DNA of 59,106 nt, the filler included. It is 5 parts of 5 records of this genome, joined end to end, with 100 filler letters (N's around TTAATTAATTAA, not from the genome) between each part and the next. Parts side by side here need not be neighbours in the genome. Positions count along the whole stretch, not along the records: positions 20,200 to 26,925 come from DRR378314_116; positions 27,026 to 46,839 come from DRR378314_117; 3 more parts are not named here. The stretch is one strand, 5' to 3'. The position numbers and the translations under genes are program-made. The notes below the pieces were generated by a model, which made no database searches, was not told where the DNA came from, and worked only from the letters and a program-made list of their open reading frames with translations. This document shows positions 22,207 through 30,578 of this stretch, in pieces (position 1 is the stretch's first letter; each line of letters opens with the position of its first letter).

Positions 22207-22629
22207 CGTCGCTGGCACTGCGGCTTGCCCAGGCACAAAGGGGCTGGCGAGGAGCCGGGCGGGCGGGGGTGGGGGCACAGACGGGGGAGGACAATGCCGT
22301 ACGCGTGCTATGGCCCGGTGCTCGCTACTTGTTGTGCCCCGTTCGGGCTGATGCGCAGAAGCGCAACTACCAGTGGAAAAATGAATGGTCATGGTTGCGA
22401 CGATGCGCTTCTCTGCAGCCGCCGGAGCGGTGCCTTCGTCGTGAGCGCTCTGCTTTCGTCAGCAGTCCCCAAAGTGCAAGCAGAGAGTGGCATGCTTTCA
22501 TTTCAAATCTTCATGGCTCATGCGCAAACGCAGCGCGAACACTAAGGAAAGCACCGGCTGCGCGCTACATCACCGAGCAGAGTTGCCCCACAGCGAGGCA
22601 ACGGAAACGCGCGGGCGAGGGCCCAGCGC

Positions 22630-25600
22630 TCACGACTCTAACAGATCATCAACATTTTCTTGCACCGCTGCGTCCGCGGCCCCAAACTCACGAAGCTCCG
22701 CACTCTGGAATACGCCCAACGAGGAGGGTCCAGCGACACCGCGGGGCCGCGCGAGCAGCACAGGGCACAGTGAGCTCCAGCGGTGCACAATGCAGGCGCG
22801 TTGCGGTAGAAAGGCAGCGCGCCTACGATCCAACTGCACTGCAAACGATGCCCTCTATACCATCGGTCCGCCACGTCCTCGCATCAATCCCCCGTTTTCA
22901 CTCGCGCACGCGGTGAGCACGCGTTGGGCTCAGGTGCTCCAACGCAGAGCAATACACGCGATCTGCCGCCATGCTTGCCACCTCTGCGCGACACCGTTTC
23001 CGCGTGCCAGCGACGGGAACGAACCTGCTCATCAGTCAACACTCCATTCGAACGAATTGCGCCAAGAAGCTCGCTAAACGCAGCGCGGCGCGTCTTCTCT
23101 GAAGCCTCCACGGCCTCCGCGCGCGTTTGCGCGTACGGAGAAAGGCCTTGCGAGGCGGCCGCAATGCGAGAATCCAGTTCTGCAAGCGCCGCCAGGCCAT
23201 CGCGCGAAATGTCTTTCGCCTGCAAACGCGCCCATGCCGCCACGGGGACAAAACGGGCAGAGTGCATGCATGAGAACGACTTTCCTCGTCAGGAAAAAAA
23301 AAGAGCAGTAGGTTTGTGCCTTTGCACGCGCGATCGCACTATCCGATGTCCTCGCGAAGACAGCTCAACTTGGTCTCTCGCTCGCTCGCTGCCGCGGCCG
23401 AACATCACAGCCGCCCACACGTGCAGTAAGCCGCCCGCCCGGTACCTTCCACTGATCGAACGAGGAAATGCGCCACAGCCAGTTCAGCTCGGAAGGGAGG
23501 CACCGATAGTGCATATACTTGTACGAAAGCACGAAGCTTCTGAAGGACCACATCGGTGAGCTTAGAGCCCGCCCGCTGCGAGCCCTGTGCGCGACGAACC
23601 TTGTCATTTTGCCCCGCAGTCACCGCAGTCTCGAACTTCTCCTGCGTTGCCTCGTACACGGCATCGCGCTCCTGCAGCAGCTCGTGAAGCTGCAACCGAC
23701 ACGCAGAGACCACAGCAGGCCACCCTACATCAGCGAGCCGCACTACTTCTTTGGAGATCCCCCGCCACAACGAGCGCAAACGCAGAGGGTGTTCTGCGAT
23801 ATGACAAATCAAGGCATCGGAAAAAAGGCGGTATACCCCTTGCCAGCAGCAGAAACAATCGCCGCCGAGGCACAGGCGCCGCGGCCGTGCGCCAGCCACC
23901 GCGCGCCCACCTCCGGGAGCAATAGCGACGAGACGCTACTACAGAACCAAGAGCACCACTGCAACGTATTTTCGCGCCGCTGGAACGGGCAAAAAGGCAC
24001 CGGTTGACAATCGCAGACACAGGTACACGAACGCAAGGGATTCTGACGGCCGCAGCAGAAGGCCCGGCACAGAGAACCGCAACGAGCATCCCCGCACGCC
24101 AACCTTCGATGGCCGCACAACGCGTAGGCGGCGCCGCCTCGCGGAGCTGCTGCTATGCACCCGGCGTACGGACTAGGCACATGAACGTCCCTACCACTTT
24201 TCCCACATGCGAACGCAGATATAGTCCGCGAGTGACAGCGCGAGTGCTGCACGTACCGTTTCCAGCTTGGCTTTGTCCGCGGCGCTGCGCATCGATGCGC
24301 CGCCGCTAAGACTGGGCGAGAACCGAGAGCCGGCGATCAGCACGAAAAACAGACACAGCACGGTACCAACAAGCATGGCCGGCTCTGCAAGCATCGACAT
24401 TGCACTAAACCGGTACGACACCACAACACTGCCAGATGCCTTACTCGCGTCAACCGCGTCAAACGTGACGGTCACAGTCGGGCGACCGTCCGTATCAAGG
24501 TATGACTTGGTCTTGCTGTGCTTCACGGTTGCAACAGCGCCCTCCGGAAGCTCAACCTGCAACGTCACCACGGCGAACGTAGTAAGCAGCGCGCGCATGC
24601 GTAAGGCGGGTGCGGTTGGCACAATGGCGCGTCCGAGGATCACCAGCATCCCTACAACGTTACAAGAACGATCGCCCCAACATCTCTGACCTGCAAGCAG
24701 AGTGCTTGCGATCTGCGGAGCGACTTGCTATCAAGCGCCCCCAGCCTGTGCCAAACCGGAGAGCACCAGCAGCAACGAGCCCAACACGAGAGGAAAGCAG
24801 CACGCGACTGGCATAGGAGGCGGTCAAACCAATGTAACAAGCGGCGAAACCCATATTGAAAGCAACAGGACAAAAATGGCGGCACAGGCGCAGTACCCGC
24901 GCCAGACCGCATACAAGCCATACAGCCCCTGCTGCAGCGCTTCGTGAGCAGGCAGCACCGCGAGAACCCCAGCTGTCGATACTCGAGAGCTGCATCGATG
25001 CTGGGCGCCGCACCTCGATATCCGTTGCTCCCTCCGGCAGGATCACGCTGATCGCGGCATTCTCAAGCCAAAAGTCGGTGATTCCAGGACGCAACGGAAT
25101 CTGCGCATAGTGTTTCGTGCGATCGCTGCGTGCGACGGATACCACCCGCGAAAGTGGCAGCTCGTAGCCATAATGGAAGTCGTAGTGCCAGCCTCCATAC
25201 AACGGATAGCGCGGAACGAGCTCCAGAACCGTGTCTTCCGCGTTGTACCGCGTGCGACTCGTTGTCACGTTGCCCAAAACATCGCGGTAGTACAGTCCCT
25301 CGAGGCCACCGGGGAGGTTTGCCGTGTAGCGAGTGGCAAACGGCCGTGGCTGGCTCTGCGCCGAAAAAAAATGTTGGAAAATCGAGCGGAAGCAAGGACG
25401 AACACGTCGCGCTGTCCTCAGCGGCAGTGCCAGAAAGGCGCAGCAGATCGTGCGCCCGCGTCTTTGCTCTGCGTAACATCGGCACCGCCCACGATCTATC
25501 CTCGTCACCACAAACAAATATGCCTACCCAATCCCATTCCTCCTCCGCGGCGCAACAAAACTGGATCTCAGACAATCAATTCAACCAGCACCAGGAAAAG

Positions 25601-26925
25601 ACTTGCACAACAAATCCAACCGCCTTCCCTGCGCATGGAACTCAGTTTACTCTCCGCCGCACTCTCGCCGCCACGCGACGCGCGTGTCGTCGCGGCGCTT
25701 ACAGACTCCCCGTACGGAATTTGACAGGCAAGCAAGGTCTTTGTCAATGCCGCATGCTTATCGGAAAGACCTAGCACACAAGCTCGCCGCAGCGGGACAT
25801 CTGCGGCATAGTTCCACGAAATAGAAACCGTCGTACCCCAACGCACCTGCCCAAAGTACTGCGTCTTCGTATGGCGCCAGCGAGAAAACCCAGCGCGCAG
25901 CCGAGAGCCCAGGTTGGCAAAATCGTAGCTCTCGGTCACGGATACGGTACCCCAGTGCGAGATCTTTACTTCCCGCGCGTACGTGCGCGACGAAATCACA
26001 GGGTACATTGCTTCAAAGCGCACGGAGAACGGCACTTTCGCATCGCCTTTCACGTCACGCAGCGGACCCACCACCGCCTTTTCCCCGGCAACAGCAACAT
26101 TGTCGCTACCCTCGGCCTTGGAAGTGCCGAGGTGCAGCGTTGTGGTCACTACCTGACTGTTGTATGGCGAAAGGAAATTTCCGTTCCCGTGGATGCGGAG
26201 CCACTGCGTGCCCTCTTGCTCAATCGTAAACGGGTGCGGCGACGCCGCGTGCAGCACAGTGTACGAGAGAACAATTGTCTTGAGCGCGCCGACAGATACA
26301 GGCTTTTCAAACGAGACCTCGTACCGCTCGAGTCTGCACCACGAGAGAACCCGCATTCGGAGCATAGGACAAGAACAGGCGCCGAGTGATACGCATCAGC
26401 AAAGCGTACGTTGCAACGCTCATCAGCAATCGCGCAAGCTTGCACCGCAGATCGGCCGTTCAGTGAGAACTCATACGTGCATGCGGCTCCACATGAGCGA
26501 ACGCTGGCGAAGGAAGAAAATATATCAGCGACAAGGATACTTGGAGCATGCCAACGCCAGAGCGGGCGCACCAGGGGCTCGTGTTGCTCCTCAGCGGGCC
26601 CGCGCAGCGCGCAGGAGACAAGATCCGTAAGCAAAAACTCGCCGCTGCAAGCACGTGGAGATGGGCAACCACTGAGAAAGGAAAAAAAGAATGTACCGCG
26701 CGTCCTCACAAACGCACCCGTTGCTAGATCCTGTATGGCGAACGCTAAATGATTTTCCTCCGCGAGACGTGGCAGACACGCCCGCGATGCGAGGCTTCGC
26801 CTGCAGCGCCTCCACGTCAGTCACAGCCGAAGACGCGCTTGGGACTTCGAGCACAAACGCATAGCTGCTCGCATCTTTGCTGCCGGAATTACGAGCACGA
26901 ACGGTCACCTGGAGAGGCAGTAAAA
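22630..26925 (-). CDS. RPN1: Ribophorin I (oligosaccharyltransferase subunit OST1/RPN1), multi-exon, 5'-truncated
   Basis: Exon peptides carry FLSPY, VKISHWG, YYRDVLGNVTTS, PRYPLYGGW, VILPEGA, SYLD..GRP and a TM helix (EPAMLVG...). Examples: GT-AG intron 24557-25013, exon 24257-24556, probable last exon 22630-22704. Not all exon borders are resolved. Confidence 0.85.
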
Positions 26926-27025
26926 NNNNNNNNNNNNNNNNNNNNNNNNNNNNNNNNNNNNNNNNNNNNTTAATTAATTAANNNNNNNNNNNNNNNNNNN
27001 NNNNNNNNNNNNNNNNNNNNNNNNN
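26926..27025. other. Artificial contig linker
   Basis: N/TTAATTAATTAA/N. Confidence 0.99.
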
Positions 27026-27048
27026 GTTTAACTTGACAGTGGGAGTCA

Positions 27049-27114
27049 TACCAACGCCGCCAGCAGGGGCTGGAGCACGCAGTGCGAAAGTCCCTCTGGC
27101 TGGCTTTGTTAAAG
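27049..27114 (-). mobile_element. attC site of the SEC-C cassette (66 bp)
   Basis: Minus strand: CTTTAAC (R'') AAAGCCAGCCAGAGGGACT...AGCCCCTGCTGGCGGC GTTGGTA (R'), an imperfect hairpin 6 bp after the stop codon. R'' GCTTTAAC is the exact complement of the cassette start GTTAAAGC. Confidence 0.85.
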
Positions 27115-27120
27115 CTTTGC

Positions 27121-28254
27121 TCACCTTTGCCAATTAACATACTCAATTTTCTCTGGCTCAGGCAATAATGTATTTAGTATTTTATTAGATATACTATTTC
27201 CATGAGGTTCTACGAACATATTTACATTGTCATGGGATATTTCAACAATGCTTTCTTTATCATCACTGCTTAGCCCGTCCCACCACGTTGGTGAGAGAAA
27301 GTAGTTTTCAAAATTACTGAATATGTATTGCGCTAAGTACGTTGAAATGTCTTCTTTTGATTTAGACATAAGCGACTTCACCAAGGTTATGCAGGTATTG
27401 TGACAATGCTCCAACCACGAGAGAACAATATAACTCTTATGCCCATCATAAAATGATGTAAATGATAGTAAGTCAGGAACCACTTCAAGATCAGATAAAT
27501 CTTGAAGTTTAGTGTTATCAAAGGCGAAGTCTGGATTAACTGAACCACTAACTTGAACTGGAAATGGATTTGTATACTCGATTACAACAGCCCGTATATC
27601 ACTATAGTCATTCCTCTCTATGCCTTTATCAAATCTCTCTTTCTGATAGATATTGTCCCGCAATCCTGCTTCTGCCCCAATATTCGTGAAGAATGCCTGC
27701 TCCTGTATTTCGGCCTGCCTATAGGCAGGCTTCCCTTTATCTAGGTCAGCATTTACTTCATACATATCTACTAAGGCCGACTTCGTATAATACTCTCTAG
27801 CAAATGAACGAAAAGCGAGCTTGAAGCATTGTTCCTCTGATTTTGTGAATACCTCCTTTTCTAAGCAAGAAAAAAGTTGATCATCGTGTTTTGCGCAGAA
27901 ACCAGTAAACGTAGAGGCGTTGTTGATACCTATTTTTTCAGGACGGATTTTTCCATTATGTTTCTGAAGGCTTTCTAACCCTAACTTGATTCCTAAAACA
28001 TGGCCATCTACCGCGATGGCTTTTAGGCTTGAGCTTCTTGCTACGGTGTGGGCCTTAACTATCTTTTTTGCACATTCGCCATGCAGGCTCTTTGGCGCTG
28101 AACATATTCGTTTAGAGAATTTATCCCGCATTGATTTAGCGGCATCCCATGGTTCCACTGGTTTTTCGCTCTCTCTATCCCTATGACATTTCTTGTACTT
28201 TTTTCCCGAACCGCACCAACAGGGATCGTTTCGTCCGATTTTACCTTTCCCCAT
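27121..28254 (-). CDS. Cassette-borne SEC-C motif protein with HNH-like core (377 aa)
   Basis: N-terminal GRNDPCWCGSGKKYKKCH SEC-C motif, then C...C...AHTV and STFTGFCAKHD; SD GGAG; promoterless gene bounded by att sites. Confidence 0.85.
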   Translation of the reverse strand: MGKGKIGRNDPCWCGSGKKYKKCHRDRESEKPVEPWDAAKSMRDKFSKRICSAPKSLHGECAKKIVKAHTVARSSSLKAIAVDGHVLGIKLGLESLQKHNGKIRPEKIGINNASTFTGFCAKHDDQLFSCLEKEVFTKSEEQCFKLAFRSFAREYYTKSALVDMYEVNADLDKGKPAYRQAEIQEQAFFTNIGAEAGLRDNIYQKERFDKGIERNDYSDIRAVVIEYTNPFPVQVSGSVNPDFAFDNTKLQDLSDLEVVPDLLSFTSFYDGHKSYIVLSWLEHCHNTCITLVKSLMSKSKEDISTYLAQYIFSNFENYFLSPTWWDGLSSDDKESIVEISHDNVNMFVEPHGNSISNKILNTLLPEPEKIEYVNWQR

Positions 28255-28278
28255 TTAGTACTCCGTTCTGGTTTTGAG

Positions 28279-28378
28279 CTTTAACGCCCACTTAAGCGGA
28301 CTAAAATAGTTGGCTAAAATGTGTAGCGGAGCGAAACTTAGCCAACTGTTTTAGTTCCGTTTAAAGTGCTTGTTATGA
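28279..28378 (-). mobile_element. attC site of the first cassette (100 bp)
   Basis: Minus strand: TCATAAC AAGCACTTTAAACGGAACTAAAACAGTTGGCTAAG...TTAGCCAACTATTTTAGTCCGCTTAAGTGGGC GTTAAAG, a long imperfect palindrome with R''/R' boxes. Confidence 0.92.
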
Positions 28379-28393
28379 ATATATTTAGTTGGA

Positions 28394-28573
28394 TTAACGT
28401 GTTTTAAGAACTACCTCAATATCGCCATCAGTTTTAATGTTTTTTAAAAATCCACCGCACACAGAGCAATTTACAGATACTTTCTCTTTCCAACCTGGTG
28501 TGCCAGTAGAAACTTCAATTAGTTCTAATTCAGCATCGCAATGCTTACATTGGATGTTACCGATACAGCTCAT
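28394..28573 (-). CDS. Small zinc-ribbon protein in the first cassette (59 aa; absent from the ORF track)
   Basis: AGGAG SD, then MSCIGNIQCKHCDAELELIEVSTGTPGWKEKVSVNCSVCGGFLKNIKTDGDIEVVLKTR* with two CxxC pairs; it fills the cassette. Confidence 0.8.
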   Translation of the reverse strand: MSCIGNIQCKHCDAELELIEVSTGTPGWKEKVSVNCSVCGGFLKNIKTDGDIEVVLKTR

Positions 28574-28602
28574 TTTATAGCTCCTAATGTTAATTTGTGA
28601 AG

Positions 28603-28625
28603 ATATTCATAACAGCGTTTTACCA
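28603..28625 (-). mobile_element. attI-like recombination site at the head of the array
   Basis: Minus strand GGTAAAACGCT-G/TTATGAATAT. GTTATGAATAT is complementary to the R'' side of the first attC (ATATTCATAAC). TAAAAC-N3-GTT has the same layout as class 1 attI (TAAAACAAAGTT), and no attC-type fold lies upstream. Confidence 0.65.
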
Positions 28626-28633
28626 AGAATACC

Positions 28634-28657
28634 GATAAACACTCGCGAGTGTTTATC
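28634..28657. repeat. Perfect 24-bp palindrome next to the attI-like site
   Basis: GATAAACACTCGCGAGTGTTTATC. Confidence 0.9.
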
Positions 28658-28914
28658 CTATTCTAAGTAGATACACTTTAAAATTTATAATAATATTATT
28701 AACTTACTAACTTATGAGGAAGATGGCAATAAAAACTAGCCACTACAATAGCGAGAACTTACTTAATCGAGAATCAACATTTTTATTATACGAGAACAAC
28801 CAAATTAAACATGATTAAAGTCAATTACTTAACTTTAATAAAAAAATAAAGCGAGAATTCACATCGGGTATTTACCGAGAATTTTAGCTGCAATATCTTT
28901 GCAATGAATTATAA

Positions 28915-28930
28915 CTGTATAAATAAACAG
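28915..28930. promoter_or_regulatory. LexA (SOS) box
   Basis: CTGTATAAATAAACAG matches CTG-N10-CAG with an AT-rich spacer, inside a 12-bp inverted repeat (28907-28938). Confidence 0.85.
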
Positions 28931-28983
28931 TTATAATTTATTATCGCTGCCCCTCTTCGATTATGCTTAAAACAGCATAGCGA

Positions 28984-29006
28984 TAGCGCAAGAGAGCCTT
29001 GCGCTA
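28984..29006 (-). terminator. Hairpin after the M28 peptidase (probable terminator)
   Basis: TAGCGCAAG-AGAGC-CTTGCGCTA, 11 bp past the stop; the U-tail is weak. Confidence 0.5.
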
Positions 29007-29017
29007 CGCATAGTTAA

Positions 29018-30391
29018 TTATTTTATGTCCTGCTCAAATGCTCCTACATCACCTGGGAAAACGACGGGTGATTCAATGCCCTCTTTATTCACTGCGGCGA
29101 CACCAAAGTAATAGTTATCAATAACTACATTTTTAAGCGTTGCTTCGCTTACATCACCCACATAACGGCTAAATTGCCATTGTGGTTCACTGGTGTAACG
29201 CCAATAAATACGATAGCCAGCGGTAGCTTTATCCATGTTTTTTTGCCATTTCAATGTTGTACTTGGTTTGACTGCACCTGAGATTTCTACCCCCTTTGGT
29301 GGAGCAGGTGCCCATGCCATTGATGCGAGACTCACAGCATTAAGCGATGTCAGCTTAGCTGCATAATCAAAATCGACACCATCGATGGTATCACCATAAA
29401 CAATACCATTTTCTGTACGTAAATCTTGGTGTTGGTGGTTATAATTTTCATTGGTTTCCATAACCCGAACCGCAGCATAACCCATATCATTAAAGGGACG
29501 ATGATGGCCGCCACGGCCAAAACGGTCCAGCCGATAAACTAACATGGTGTCTAAATTTGGAATATAACGGTCTGCGACGGTGTCAATATACCGAGCAAGA
29601 TTACGGCTAGCGGAGTCAACTTCACCACCTGTAAAACGACGTTTGTGAGCCTGCTCTTTGGTTTCAACCACGCGCGTACCTTCAGAGAATATACGTGCAG
29701 TTGTATTATCGGTAACACCGTTAATACCTGTGATGTTGCCTATCATGTCGTTGTTTAATACGCCATGAATTTGCCAACCTTGCTGCTGGGCATGTTTTGC
29801 TAATATTTTACCCCCAAATAACCCCTGCTCTTCACCTGATAGCGCCGCATAAACGATTGAGCCATTAAACTTATAATTAGATAACACCCTAGCAGACTCT
29901 ATTACACCAGCAACACCCGATGCATTATCATTTGCGCCTGGTGAATCACTTGTAAAATCCATCACATCACTAACTCGCGAATCAATATCGCCTGACATCA
30001 TCACCATACGGTTTGGCTCATCAGTACCTCGTTGAATAGCAATAATATTTACAACTTCAACTGGATTTGGGATCCGCTTTTCACCAGAAATAGTATCTTT
30101 CACTTCGAGTACCTCAAGGCAACCACCACATTGCTTTGAAATAGCTTCGAACTCAGCTTTTATCCAGCGCCTCGCTGCACCAATTCCTCGGGTATTGGAT
30201 TGTGTCTCAGACAATGTATGCCGTGTACCAAAGTCGACAAGTGTTTGGATGTCATTTTTGATTCTAGCTGCAGAAACAGCGTGTGCAATATCATGTAATT
30301 TTTGCTGTTCTTGATACGAAGGTTCTGCGGCCAAAGTAGGCATTGCCAAAAACAAGCCACTTATCAAAAGTGCTGAATGTATACGCGTCAT
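29018..30391 (-). CDS. Secreted M28-family metallopeptidase with C-terminal FN3-like domain
   Basis: Signal peptide, GD.DSR, PGANDNASG, GEEQGL, NNDMIG and GGHHRPF motifs; C-terminal LKW...GYRIYW...YFGVAAV. Confidence 0.9.
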   Translation of the reverse strand: MTRIHSALLISGLFLAMPTLAAEPSYQEQQKLHDIAHAVSAARIKNDIQTLVDFGTRHTLSETQSNTRGIGAARRWIKAEFEAISKQCGGCLEVLEVKDTISGEKRIPNPVEVVNIIAIQRGTDEPNRMVMMSGDIDSRVSDVMDFTSDSPGANDNASGVAGVIESARVLSNYKFNGSIVYAALSGEEQGLFGGKILAKHAQQQGWQIHGVLNNDMIGNITGINGVTDNTTARIFSEGTRVVETKEQAHKRRFTGGEVDSASRNLARYIDTVADRYIPNLDTMLVYRLDRFGRGGHHRPFNDMGYAAVRVMETNENYNHQHQDLRTENGIVYGDTIDGVDFDYAAKLTSLNAVSLASMAWAPAPPKGVEISGAVKPSTTLKWQKNMDKATAGYRIYWRYTSEPQWQFSRYVGDVSEATLKNVVIDNYYFGVAAVNKEGIESPVVFPGDVGAFEQDIK

Positions 30392-30543
30392 TTTATTATT
30401 ACCTGTAGTAAACATAGTTGATGCTCTTTTTTATTAGGTATCAACACAGTACGATAGCTAATATAATGTTAAAACCATTTTGAGATAAACCTCCAAATTA
30501 TTCGCTAAAACGCAATGTTTTATGGCTATTAAAGCGTAGACAT

Positions 30544-30567
30544 AAAAAAACCAGCCTTAGCTGGTTT
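30544..30567 (-). terminator. Terminator of the bkd operon
   Basis: AAACCAGC/GCTGGTTT stem with a T-run on the minus strand. Confidence 0.75.
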
Positions 30568-30578
30568 CTTTAATAATG

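Noticed and set aside
22225-24300. Many overlapping 100-215 aa ORFs
   Set aside because: GC-rich UTR and intron sequence of the two eukaryotic genes; only the RPN1 exons are supported.
28394-28573. Possible frameshift in the zinc-ribbon cassette gene
   Set aside because: Re-reading the A-rich stretch at 28481-28490 shows an intact 59-codon frame.
28752-28882. CGAGAA repeats as a CRISPR array or iterons
   Set aside because: The repeats are too short and irregularly spaced, and there are no cas or rep genes.
28953-28970. ATG CTT AAA ACA GCA TAG after the LexA box as an integrase remnant
   Set aside because: Only five codons with no SD or IntI similarity, so it cannot be supported.
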